Below, one piece after another: positions 1 through 12,410 of a stretch of 64,000 nucleotides of DNA. Below the pieces are notes generated by a model. The model was not told where the DNA came from. It did not search any database and saw nothing but the letters and a program-made list of their open reading frames with translations. The stretch is from contig OZ024740.1 in NCBI GenBank assembly GCA_964016885.1, positions 147,312,001-147,376,000 of the forward strand. Direction: 5' to 3'. The translations under genes were made by a program, and so were the position numbers. How positions within the stretch are numbered: position 1 is the first letter of the stretch; each line of letters begins with the position of its first letter. This stretch comes from Eledone cirrhosa (Eukaryota).

Positions 1-979
1 ATAAGGAAATTGCAATGAAATTATTACAGACAAGGTTAGCAATGTTATCTCTTCAATTGTTTTGTTTTATTGTTCCCTAACTTTTGAGTTTGACAGCAAA
101 GAAAGTATTCCTCATTTATTGAATTCCTTATATTCTCCACTGTCTTTATTTTTGTCTTTTGGGAAAAAAATATATCACTGCTTTTGTTGAGTTATCCTCT
201 AGAAAACGTCCAAAACAGTTCAGCATATCTGAATTTTATACTGAAATCCTTAATATAAAAAATGTTTATTATACTTATATAGCATACATCTGTATGCATA
301 TGATTTAGAATAGGTATATCATATCCCTGCATGTCATGAAGGGCAATTAAAATGTTGGCACCAAGAAGAGCCACTGGTTGTAAAACATTACCTCAAAAAG
401 GACCCCAGAATGAATATGAAGCCTGTCATGGAGCCCACAAGACTAACTTTTACATCAGCAGGGCCTTAAAATGCCAGTTGTGCTCTTGTGTACTTATATA
501 GCTTTTGGAGTTTGTCTCAAAAAGAAAAGAAAAAGCGTTTGAATATCTCTAATTAACCCTTTATCATAAGTTTCTTGCTCTTCTTTCTCTCTAATATTCA
601 TCACAGTATTTGCAAATTCAGCGATTCTCTTCTTAAACACACATGTACTGTGTTTTACCAATACCTGTTCTGTGGTAAAAGGGAAGTTGGTCAAGTGATA
701 AGATACTAAATTATTTGGTCATAGGGAAGCATTTCAAATCTGCTGTTTGTGTTTCATTATTCTTTCTGGAGAAGAATACTTCAGTTTACGTTGCCTCAGT
801 TCACCTAGCTGTTACTAGGTACAACCAGTTCATCTGAAAATATTGCCTCCCTATCTAGCAGAACATTAATCTCTCATTTAATGATATCTAATTGTAGCTT
901 AATGGTATGGCACATACCAAGTGATAAGATGTGAATTTCTATAAAAGATTTAGCATTATTATAATTATTTAGGTGGCAG

Positions 980-1379
980 CAGGGCGGTGGATTGGCAGTA
1001 TCGGTAGAGAGTCAGATGCCATGCTTTCCAGCATAGTTACGTCCCTTTACGGTCTGAGTTCAAATCTCGTCGAGGTTAACTTTGCCTTTCATCCTTACCG
1101 GGTCGATAAAATAAAGTACCAGTAATGAACTGGGTAATTGCTGGCCTTGTGCCAAAAGTAGAAACAATTATAATTATTTAGGGTGGTGGATTGGCAGTAT
1201 CAGTAGAAAGTCGGACACCATGCTTTGCAGCATAGAGTTACAGCCCTTTACGCCCTGAGTTCAAATCCCGCTGAGGTTAACTTTGCCTTTCATCCTTACG
1301 GGGTCGATAAAATAAAGCAGTAGTATTGCACTAGGATAATTGCTGGCCATGTGCCAAAAGTAGAAACAATTATAATTAT
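980..1379 (+). mobile_element. Head-to-tail dimer of a tRNA-derived SINE (family A), about 200 bp per unit
   Basis: Two similar units at ~980-1178 and ~1180-1379. Each has an A-box-like TGGCAGTATCGG, a B-box-like GAGTTCAAATCCC and the body GCCTTTCATCCTTACGGGGTCGATAAAATAAAG. ATTATAATTATTTA occurs before, between and after the units. Confidence 0.85.
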
Positions 1380-2004
1380 TTACAAATGAAATATAAATAA
1401 TTTTTTTTATCTAATTAGGAGACACCAAAAAATATGCTTAAACTCAGCCATGACAAATCTAAAATTTATGCATTAAGCCCTGCTATAATGTGTTAAATCT
1501 AATGCGTTTTGTGCTAAATTGTTAACACTAGTTGTGGTGGGTTATATATCCATACCAGGCAAACTTTCATATTTTCACTGCTGCAAGAAGTCGATTCTGT
1601 CTGTCAGCATATTTAGTGACTTGTTGCCTGACTAAGCTGTTTGTCTTGTTCTCTGTGTATGAGTTGCATAACAACCTTCCGAAGCACTTGTACTCAAATG
1701 CCTGGAATCTTTTTTCCATGTCAACAATAAGTGTCCAGCTTTAGCATAAATGTCTATCACAAATCTTCCACGATGTAATTGTTTCTCTTTCAACTCATGG
1801 TCTCAGACCAAGTTACTTGCTAAATAAATAGTCCCCAATTGCACCACAAAAAAAAAGAAAAAAACATATTTAACCATTTTGATACCAACTGCTTCTGGTT
1901 TTATGATACAATGCTATTTATTTGAAACAATTTATCATCAACATCATTACCATCATTGTTTTAAATCCATTTTTCCATGCTTGCATGGGTTGAATATATC
2001 ATCA

Positions 2005-2965
2005 TTATGATCATCATTTAACGTCCACTTTCCACACTAGCATGGGTTAGACGGGTTGTCCCATTTGAGGCAAGTTGGGTCAGGTGATTGTGTCTTGCTC
2101 ATATAGAACTGTTTCTGGCTAGATATCTACAGCTGGATGCCCTTCCTAACTCCAACCACATTTACAATGTAGACTAGGTGCCTTTTGTTGTGACACCTAC
2201 ACAACCACTTTACAGTGTGGGCTGGGTGCTTTCTATCATGAAACCTACACGACCATTTCACAGTGTGGGCTGGATGCTGTTTTGTGATACCAACATAACT
2301 TAACTTTACAGTGCAAGGGTGGTGTGGACTGGAGTGGGAGGATGGGTGTAGGGACATGGGGGTGTATGGAAGCGAGTATAGTGATTAAGAAAGAGGTGCC
2401 CCTACAAGAGGTGTGTTTGAGTCTGTGTTCATGGGAAGGCGTGTCTTCTGTATTACTGCATAAGGCCAAAGATCTCGATCCTGAGTCATTGTCTTTGAGA
2501 GGTGTAATTGTACAAGGTCAGCTTTTATCACTTCGTCCCAGGTCTTCCTGAGTCTTCCTATTCCATAGCTTCCATCAATTTTGATCATCTTGCACATTTT
2601 TATACAACTGTTGTCCTTCATATGCATCACATGACTGTACCAACATAATCTCCTCTCTAGTATACTGCATCTGATCTCTCTTATGCCCAATTTCTCTCTT
2701 AGTTCAGTTACACTTTGCAGTTTGTGTATATTACACATCCATCGGAGCATGCATACATCATTTCTTTCCCGTCTTCTCAGGTCCTCTGCTCACAGTGCCC
2801 AGGTCTCACTACCATGAAACATTGCTGTTTGTATACATACATTCCCTTCCATTTAAGGGAAAAACCTTTTGTAGCTAACAGCGGTAGTAGTTCCCTGAAC
2901 TTCTTCCATCTTGTTCTTACTCTAGCTACTGTACTTTCGGAACACCTTCCTCCACTGCTGATTGC
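2005..2965 (-). mobile_element. 5'-truncated, decayed RTE-clade LINE (3' end)
   Basis: ORF 2385-2750 (MLRWMCN...ERRLCWYSHVMHM...GRLRKTW) matches the C-terminus of the 955-aa RTE ORF at 8755-11622. The 3' terminal motif TTTAACGTCC...GCATGGGTT is also shared. Confidence 0.88.
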
Positions 2966-3177
2966 ATATATATTTATCTAAAAACCTTCCATCATAATTT
3001 TATGTAAGAACCTTTGTTATGTTGTGTTCAAACACCAGCTTGATAATGAGAAAGTTTGTTATTTTACTAAATTCATGATTAATTACAAATTGATTTGAAA
3101 TATAGTAAAGAAAGAGTTATCTGATCCTGTTTTACTTTTACTGATTATATCTTATTTTCTTTGTTTGTTTCATCCAG

Positions 3178-3457
3178 GCTCTACCAAAAACAGTTGCAGC
3201 AGCAGGAACAAGAGATTCGTTCTAACCGTAAAACACAGATTGGAACAGCTGGCCGATCCGAGAAGATTCGAACATATAATTTCAACCAGGATAGAATAAC
3301 TGACCATCGACTTTCATATAATATACATAATTTACCGCAGTTTTTTCTAGATGGAGAAAGTTTAGATAATTTAATAGAGGATCTGCTTTATCAAGAGCAG
3401 AAGAACACTTTGCAACAAAAACTAGAAGAATTTTCTTTATCTATGCAAAAAACATAA
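3178..3457 (+). CDS. MTRF1L: Terminal coding exon of mitochondrial peptide chain release factor 1(-like)
   Basis: A polypyrimidine tract ends in ttcatccag at 3177. The translation ...RKTQIGTAGRSEKIRTYNFNQDRITDHR... is the conserved class-1 RF1 C-terminal motif, with stop TAA at 3455-3457. Upstream exons (GGQ motif) were not found in the window. The MTRF1 versus MTRF1L assignment is uncertain. Confidence 0.85.
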
Positions 3458-3591
3458 AAAATCTCTTTACTTTTTACAACAGAAATTTAAGGAATTAATA
3501 GTAAAATTTCTTGTTTTATATGTTAAATAATAATTATTATTGGTCAGGTGCAGGCAAAGCTGTGTGATTAAAAAATTCACTTTGCAAGTTC

Positions 3592-4207
3592 TGCAATTAG
3601 AACAACCTCATTTTTTGACTGTTGGTGTTGGGTTTGTGGTGGGTAATTTGGCACTGTTGAGTAATGTTTTTAGTGATTTAGGTTGTCTTTTGTATTTGAT
3701 TAATTTATGTGTTTCAAATGCTTTTTTCATTTTTCGGTCTTGTTTCAATAGTGGGATGTTCTTGTGGATAATGTATGCTTCTGTATTTCTTGGGTGGTGT
3801 GTTGAGATATATGATAGAATATTGGACGACCTTGACTTTGACTAAGCTTTCGTAATTCTTGGATGTCTATTGTTTTGGCCCTTTCTATTCCATTATCTAT
3901 TAATGGGTACTGTCTTTTAAGCAGAAATTTCTTTAATTCGCGGAATCTTTTATTCTGCGTTTCATAATTTGAGACAATTGTTGAAATTCTTTCTGCGAGA
4001 TTAAACAGAATGTTTGTCTTCGTGTGCTTTGGATGGCTGGAGGTGAATAGCAAGTATTGTTTGGAATCTGTTGGTTTGTAGTGGATGTCAGTTTCAATGT
4101 TTGCGTCTTTTTTTTATAATTAAAATGTCCAGAAATGGGAGATGGTCTTGACTCTATTCCATTGTGAATTTGGATATGATTATTGATGCTGTTAATTAAG
4201 TTTTTGA
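3592..4207 (-). mobile_element. Inverted segment of a Penelope-like element (RT thumb/linker region)
   Basis: ORF 3745-4053 (MLFTSSHPKHTKTNILFNLAERISTIVS...) is a close copy of plus-strand ORF 6832-7392. Confidence 0.85.
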
Positions 4208-6504
4208 CCAACAAAGTGGATCAAATAAATATCTACAAAAAAGGACCCCATGAAGAAGGAGAAAATACCCAAGAAACGAATATTATTCCAACATCAATGC
4301 TCCAAAAGCAGGAACAACCAACAGAACTCAATCTACGAGAAGTCCACTCAGTGAAAAACACCTTAAACAATATATGGACACAAAAACTCACAACCTGCAA
4401 ATTTACCTTTTGGAATTTCCTAAAAAATAATGTCAAAACAGACATATATGAAAAGTGGCTAAATTCTTCTCCAAAAAACTCCAAATAAAACCCATCCCAA
4501 ATGAACCAGAAAACCAACAAAGACTTAGAGAAAAGATGGCCTTAGAAAAGTTTAAAATGGAAATAGAACTGTTATGGTTAAGAGCCAACTCTAATGAAGA
4601 AAAGTTCAAGTCATTTGACCAACAAATGGAAACAGAAAAATCATAGCACTCTGAAGGCCTACTCCTTAAAAAAAACCTCCAAACTTTGGAAAGAAAATTG
4701 TGAGAATGAAGAATTAACATCCCTTCAATGATGGGAAAAAAAATACCACTTGGTTCACCAATTTCAAAATGGAATTCAGAGATGATCACCATACAGGTAA
4801 CCCATTCTTGAAACAAGCTAAAATTCACACATCATACTCACAACAAACAAAAAAAGTAGCGAAATGTCAAACTCAGTAAAACTATGACTGACAATAATCT
4901 CAGGATTCATAGACAACACTATAACCCTACTAAAAGAACCCAAGCATTCCCTAACACAAGATAGGACTTGATCCGACACCATAGATCCCAACCCACAGAG
5001 AATTTGTTCCAAAACCGTAGATCCCAACCCACACAAAGGAACACAAATTACAACCCGGACCATCAACAAACCAAACCTAAGTATGTCTGGAAACTTCTAT
5101 AAAAGACCACACAATAACAGGAAAAATGCCATCAGATATAGAAATACCCATGAAAGAACAACTTTGAAAGATCATTTTTTAGATCAAGTCTACATGACCC
5201 ATGACACCCGGTGGTACAAACCGATTTTGAAAAACTGAAAATAATTTTTCAAATACAAACCTCTCAATCCAACAAATTAAAATCCTTTCAAAAGGACTGA
5301 AATTCACCCCAACACCACAATACTCTAGCCTCAATGAGATAAACAATGATATTTCGCACTTCTGTAGAAAATTATGTCTAACAGAGGAATTTTCTGACAA
5401 GGAGAATAGCGATAAATCAATTGTATGAAATAAAAGCAGCTACAACATAACAAAGGGCAGGAACAGAGTTTTGGACAAATTTTGTGACCACATATCAACT
5501 TTCCCACACTATGAACTACACAACCTAAACCCAAACCCAACACCAGTTGAAAGGAATGGGAGATTATTCATGAGTTAAAAAGCAATAATGACATCATAAA
5601 TAAAGAAGCAGATAAGGGAAGCACTGTCATCATTATGGATGCTGAACATTACAAAAAAAACTATATCATCTCTCCTACAAGACACTACCTACTATGAAAG
5701 GGTAAACAACTACCAGCAATCAAAAATGACGACCAAATTAAACACACTCATTTGTCAACACCAAAAAGACTTAACTAAAAAGGAATGCAATTATTTAACA
5801 CATTTTGAATGCAAAAGCAACAAATTTTACGAACTTCTGAAAATCTACAGGAGCAAAATGATTAATGATGCCTGTAAAGAATCCACCTCAACCTGCATAA
5901 ACATACAACACCCCACTGACCTTAAATTAGATGAATTGTAGCGGGCACAAAATGTGAAACACATAGACTAAGCAACTTTGTAGACATATTACTAAAACCA
6001 ATTCTTAAACAAATACCAAGTCTTGTAAGAGATAAGCTGGACCTCTTAAACCACCTCCCCAAACATGTCAACAATGACATTAATATTGTATCCTTTGATG
6101 TAGTAAACCTCTACATGACGATCCCACACCAATATGGACTAGAAGCAATAGGATTCTGGATAGAAAAATACCCCAGTGAGATCCCAGAAAGAATAGAAAA
6201 AGGTGTCATTACTGAGGGACTAAAATTCATTTTTACAAAACAACTTTTTTGATTTCAATGACAACATTTACAAGCAAATATCGGGGACTGCGTTGGGTAC
6301 AAAAGTTGCTCCAACTTACACTACCTTAGTCATGGATGCTTGGAGGTCCAGATATATGAACAATCCAAATTAAAATATGGCCTGAACTTCCACAAATATT
6401 TGTTAGAGAATTGGAAATGCTACTTGGATGACTGCTTTATTCAATGGTCGCACATACTCAACCAACTCAATGAATTCAAAACCCTAATTTACAGCATTAA
6501 TAAT

Positions 6505-6693
6505 TGTTTCTTCTTTTTGGCACAAGGCCAGCAATTACCCAGTGTATTTCTGGTACTTTATTTTATCGACCCTGTAAGGATGAAAGGCAAAGTTAACCTC
6601 AGCGGGATTTGAACTCAGATTGGAAAGGGCCGTAACTCTATGCGTCAAAGCATGGCGTCCGACCCTCTACTGATACTGCCAATCCACTGCCCT
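6505..6693 (-). mobile_element. tRNA-derived SINE (family A) inserted in the Penelope RT, with target-site duplication
   Basis: Reverse complement of the 980-1178 unit. It is flanked by the direct repeat AATTTACAGCATTAATAAT at 6486-6504 and 6694-6712. Confidence 0.9.
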
Positions 6694-8207
6694 AATTTAC
6701 AGCATTAATAATATCTAATTATAATGGAATACAGTCAAAACCAACTCCCATTACCACACAGTTTAATCATAAAAGTAAGATAAAAACATTGAAACTGATA
6801 TCCACTACAAACCAACAGATCCAAACAATACTTGCTATTCACCTCCAGCCATCCAAAGCACATGAAGACAAACAGTCCGTTTAATCTAGCAAAAAGAATT
6901 TCCACAATTGTCTCAAATTATGAAACGCAGAATAAAAGATTCCGCGAATTAAAGAAAATTCTGCTTGAAAGACAGTACCCATTGTTATTAATAGATAATG
7001 GAATAAAATGGGCCAAAGCAGTAGACATCCAAGAATTACGAAAACTGAAACAAACTCAACGTACGACTAATATTCTATCATATATCTCAACACACCACCC
7101 AAGAAATACAGAAGCATACAACATTATCCACAAGAACATCCCACTATTGAAACAAGACCCAAGAATGAAAACAGCATTCGAAACACATAAAATAATCAAA
7201 AGCAAAAGTCAACCTAAATCACTAAAAACATTACTCAACAGTGTCAAATTACCCACCACAAACCCAACACCAACAGTAAAAAAATGTGACCACTCTAATT
7301 GTGGGACTTGCATTCAACTCATTGAAGGTACAATACATAAATGTCAATCAGGACAAACTTTTGTTGTAAAAAATCATTTCAGTTGTTCATAAAAAAATTT
7401 AGTTTATCCATTAAATGTAAAGGATGTAACAGAGATTATATAAGCACAACTAAACTCACCCTCAGAAACAGAATGACAATTCATCACCAACAATTATGAG
7501 ACCCTACTACAAGATAGATACCATTCAGTGGACATTTAGACTTATTTGCATATAATAAGACCCCCAAATTCCAGATCTTCCCACTTTATCTTTGCTCAGG
7601 CAAAACCACAGACCAAACATGAATAAATAAAGAAAAATATACTTTAATATCTTAATATGCTAGCCATCCATCCACACACACACACACACTATTTCTGTTT
7701 TCCAACAACTACTTGCACACAAATCCTTACTACCCTGCAAATCCTTACTACCATTGATGCCGCTGTCACTATCGTCATCTTCATGGGACACAAACATATA
7801 AACCAATTCCCTGTACATTCAATTGTTGGCAAGTCTACTCCAATAGGAATTCTGAAATTTGACACCTCTTAAAATCTGTCATTGGGACATCAGCCATTCT
7901 CACTGAACCAGAACACTCCAATTTTTCTTCTCTTCTCTCACTTTTTGGCCATCCATTTTTAGCACAAAAATTACTATGCCTTATCACGTGACTGTTACTA
8001 ATAAATAAAACAGTGAATAGCAATTTTGAGCCACTTTTTCTGGTGCGAAAATTACTGTACGTAATCATGTGACTGTCATCAACCAACAAAATTACATTTT
8101 AAACAAATAGCAATCTGAGCCAATTCTTTTGTATAAAACAGAAAGAATTTTCGAACTCCAGTTAGATGCGAGGCACACCACAACAGAAACAAACTCTCCA
8201 TCTCAAT

Positions 8208-8251
8208 TTTACTTTTGATAATCATAAGAACTGTGAAACTGGTAAAGTAAA
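8208..8251 (+). ncRNA. Decayed minimal type I hammerhead-like motif in the Penelope 3' tail
   Basis: TTTACTT-TTGATAA-TCATA-AGAAC-TGTG-AAACTGGTA-AAGTAAA. Stem I is TTTACTT/AAGTAAA, the core resembles CUGAUGA...GAAA but is mutated, and stem III is short. Confidence 0.5.
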
Positions 8252-8374
8252 TAAATATTCTTAAAAGACTCCAGCTGCATTTTCAATTTCTTTTCCTTAT
8301 ATTTTTATCTGTGTGGGACATTTAAAAAAAACCTTACTTTCTTGTGGAAAATGGACATTAAATGATGATGATAT

Positions 8375-11300
8375 CATCATCATCATCATCATCAACGTTT
8401 AACGTCCGTGTTCCACGCTTGCATGGGTTTGGACGGGGGTTTTCCCACTTGAGGCAAGAGTGATTGTCCTGCTCGCATAGGACTGTCTGGCAGGTTTTCT
8501 ACAGTTGGATGCCCTTCCTAACACCAACCACATTTACAGTGTGGGTCTGGGAGGTTTTTACCGTGTTGCCTACACGGCCACATTACAGCGTGGACTGTGT
8601 TTTTTTGTCGTGACACCTACACGATCTCATTTGTTTCGGCCTGGATGGTGTGGCACCAACATAACTTTACATAGAATGGCGTGGGGTGGGGTGGTGGGAC
8701 GGGGGTGTATTTTGTTAGAGATGCCTACTGACTGTAGTAGGTTTTACTTTGTATTTAGGTAAGGCGGGTCTTCTCTATTACTGAGTATCGCCAAAGGTCT
8801 CGGTCCAGTGACATTGTCTTGGTGAGGTGTAAGTGTGTGAGGTCGGAGTTTATCAGCTCGTCCCAGGTTTTTCTAGGTCTGCCTATTCCGTGGCTACCGT
8901 CTATCTTTATTGCCCTGCACTTTGTTATACAGCTATCGTCCTTCATGCGCATCACGTGACCATACCAACGTAGCCTTCTCTCTAGTAAACAACATCTGAT
9001 CCCTCTTATTTCTAATTTTTTCCTTAGTTCGTTTATGCTTTGTCGTTCCCGTATATTACTATTACACATCCAGCGGAGCATGCAAGCTTCGTTTCTCTCT
9101 AGTCTGCGTATATCCTCTGCACACAATGCCCAGGTCTCACTGCCATGCAACATTGCTGTTCGTATGCAGGCATCGTACAGCCTGCCTTTCATTTTTAGGG
9201 AGAACCCTTTAGCGGCTAATAGTGGTATAAGCTCTCTGAACTTTTTCCACCCAGTTCTGACTCTAGCTACTGTACTTTCAGAGCACCCTCCCCCACTGCT
9301 GATTTTGTCACCCAGGTAACGGAAGCTGTCCACTATTTCTATAGAACCCTCTGCGCAGTTGAAAGAGCTAGTATTTTGTGGGCACTTGCTGCTACTTATT
9401 GCCCCAGAACACCGGCCACATGTAAAATCTATGTTCTTAGTTAGCTTACCTGTGATCCCACTACGTCTTTTATGCACCCAAACTTTGCATTTGGGACACA
9501 AAATGGAATTTCTACCTACGCCTTTCCTACACTCTGCGCATGGCCACTTCCCGGAGGGGACCGCCGCCTTATTTTCTTTCTTACAAACTAGAACTTTAGT
9601 CTTAGCCAGGTTAATTTTAAGGCCTTTTGATTCTAGGCCGTGCTTCCATGTTTGGAATTTCTTCTCTAGCTCGGCCATTGATTCAGCTATGAGCGTTAGA
9701 TCATCTGCGTATAGGAGTTCCCATGGGCAGCCGGTCTTGAACTCCACTGTTATAGCCTGGAGGGCAATAATAAATAGTAGGGGGCTAAGAACAGAGCCCT
9801 GATGAACACCAACTTTTACACTAAACTCTTCACTATATTCGTTGTTAATTCTAACCTTGCTGACTGTTTCTTTATACATGGCTTGTATAGCTCTCACAAG
9901 CCATTCATCAACACCTAGTTTTCTAAGAGCCCACCAGATAATGGAACGGGGGACTCTGTCGAAGGCCTTCTCCAAGTCGACGAAAGCTAAGTATAGGGGT
10001 TTACTTTTAGCTAGGTACTTCTCCTGTAGTTGTCGTACAATGAAAAGAGCGTCTGTGGTACTTTTTCCTGACACAAACCCGAACTGCATTTCATCTAGAT
10101 CAATTCGCTCTCTGATTAGTTGCGCTATTACTTTTTCCGTGACCTTCATGACCTGGTCGATTAATTTAATGCCTCTATAGTTACTCCTATCTAGGGCATC
10201 TCTTTTACCCTTATAACAGTTAACGATAATGCTGCTACGCCAGTCCTTCGGAACAGCCCCATTCTGTATGACTTGGTTGACTATCCGGGTGACCATGGTG
10301 TGTCCCACCGTACCAGATGCCTTCAGCATCTCGGCAACTATTTCCGAAGGCCCAGCCGCCTTGCCTGTCTTCATATCTTTGATTGCCTTACTTATTATAC
10401 TACCCTTGACTAACACTGCTGGTCCCTCTATTGGGTCGATGTGGGGGAGACTGTCTTTCTCCCATTTATTCTCCTCATTTAGTAGCCTTTCATAGTGACA
10501 CTTCCAAGCTACCTTCTTATCGGCGTCGGTGATGGCAAGTACGCCGTCATCGTTAAGTACACACTTCTCCCCGACAATATCACTGTTTTCCTTGACACAT
10601 TGCCTAGCAATCCTGAACACCTCACGTTTTTGGTCCTCACGTTGTAGAACATGCTTGAACTTTCTTTCCTCTGCTTCCCTTCTTGCGAAGTACACTTGTC
10701 TCCTAGCTTCCCTCCTGGCCACTTGATAGTCTTCTCTGCTTCCCCCATCCCGCCATACTTTCCAAGCCTGCTTTTTGGCCTTAATTGACCCCTCCACCTT
10801 ACTGTTCCACCACCATGTTACTCTCCTCCTGCCTACAGGCCTGCTCCAGCCACAGACTTCGTCTGCCACCGTCAGCAGGTTTGCTTTCAGGAATTCCCAC
10901 TGTTCCTCTACCTTGTATGTCTCTAATTGCTCTTCCTCACTGTCGAAAGCATCAAGTAATATGCTTTGGAATTTATTTTTGGCTGTGGGGTCCTTTAGCT
11001 TCCATATTTTTCTCCTGAGGATAGTCCTCTTCTGTTGCCTAGTACGTCTCGTCCTGACTATTAGGTCGCTAATTATCAGTCTATGTTGGGAAGTGCATTC
11101 TTCATGGGGGAGGGATTTAGTGTTTACGACAGTCACTTTGTCACGTCTTCTGGTAAGGATATAATCTACCTGGCTAGTGTGTTCCCCTGATCTGTAGGTG
11201 ATCAAGTGATTGTCTCGTTTTTTGAAGTTAGTGTTGCAGATAGTTAGGTTATTTGCGTCACAGAATTCCAGGATTCTGGAGCCTTCCTCATTTCTAGTAC

Positions 11301-12410
11301 CAAACCTGTAGCCTCCATGGATTTCGTCGTAGCCGTCACAATGTTGTCCAACGTGACCGTTTAGGTCGCCTGCAATAATTATATAGTCACTGTCGGTTAT
11401 TTGGGAGGTAGCGAGCATCAGTGTCTCATAGAATCTGTCTTTTATAGTGCTGGGCAGTCCGGATTGGGGTGCGTACGCGGATATTACTGTCACCGTAGTT
11501 CTATTGAGGACAAGTCTTATTTTAATTATTCTGTCGTTCACTCTATTTACGTCTATTATCTTATCTGCCCACTTTTCTGCTACCATGATTCCTACTCCAC
11601 CCAGCCCATTGTCGTTTCCCACCCAGAAAAGCTTATTGCATCATTTTCTACCCACAATGTATCTAGCAGATCCACCCCTCCACCTGGTCTCTTGAATACA
11701 ACAAACATCGACCTCCTTACGTTCAAGAATTTCTACAACCTCGTTAGAGCGACCCTTTAAGGTGCCTACATTCAAGGTACCAAATCTGAAGTTTTGCATT
11801 GCGTTTGGGGGGTTGGAAAGGTGGGGAGCGGGGGGAGATGGGGTTATGTTAGCCATCCGCGGCCGAAACAAAGAGGCATGCTCGCATTCTCGTCCACGAG
11901 GTGTGATTGTCTTTAACTTTGGCATTGTCGCTGAGCGTCCAGATTTTTCTCCCGCTCCTTAATATCTTCTTCCCCTCCACCACACTCTACAACACGCGGT
12001 CAAATCACCACCACCAATGTACTCATTTTTCTACCTCTTCTAACATACGCCTAACTCCATTAGTCCTTCCAATAGCATTTTTTTCTATCCTCTTTCCATT
12101 CCCCATGTATTTTCCAAAACAAATCTCTTGTATTTCTGTCATGCTTGTAAACATACGGAAGTTTTTGACGTATTTTACTAAACAAATCTTGTATTTTTGT
12201 TCGTTAATACGGGGTTCTCACTTAAACCTATCCTTCTCGCTAACAACTCAACACCCCTCCCTCCCGCCATTATTGTTACGTGGACCAATCATAAGCCAGA
12301 GGCCTATACTATCGCTTACCTGGTCGCCTTCGATATGTAGGATGGAAGGACTACGGAGTTCCGGAGAGTTGAAGAGAGAAAAATCTGGACGCTCAGCGAC
12401 AATGCCAAAG
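8375..12410 (-). mobile_element. Full-length RTE-clade LINE retrotransposon
   Basis: Single APE+RT reading frame 11925-8755, a 5' UTR of about 480 bp and a 3' UTR ending in a (GAT)n tail at ~8375-8392. A candidate TSD GATGATAT lies at 8367-8374 and 12410-12417. Confidence 0.93.
8755..11925 (-). pseudogene. RTE ORF (apurinic endonuclease + reverse transcriptase + PHD-like Zn finger), 1057 codons with one in-frame TGA at 11643-11641
   Basis: Motifs GTLNVGTL, CCIQETRW, AGDLNGHVG, SQVDYIL, SQHRL, FVDLEKAFDRV, GVHQGSVLSP and LLYADDL are present. ORFs 11641-11925 and 8755-11622 are in the same frame (YIVGRK*CNKLFWVGNDNG). Confidence 0.92.

Larger units (their letters stand above)
4208..8330 (+). 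mobile_element. Penelope-like retroelement (RT + GIY-YIG endonuclease), frameshifted
   Basis: Fragments include KEADKG-TV-IMD (~5600), YELLKIY/PTDLKL, SFDVVNLY, WKCYLDDCF (YxDD), HPKH..K...PFNLAKRI and a CxxxNCGTC Zn-knuckle before the GIY-YIG region. A 3' non-coding tail carries a hammerhead-like motif. Confidence 0.85.

Noticed and set aside
980-1080. tRNA-like A/B boxes
   Set aside because: These are SINE heads, not tRNA genes: there is no complete cloverleaf and they are followed by SINE bodies.
9035-11760. Plus-strand ORFs overlapping the RTE ORF
   Set aside because: They are antisense shadows of a long open frame and have no independent motifs.
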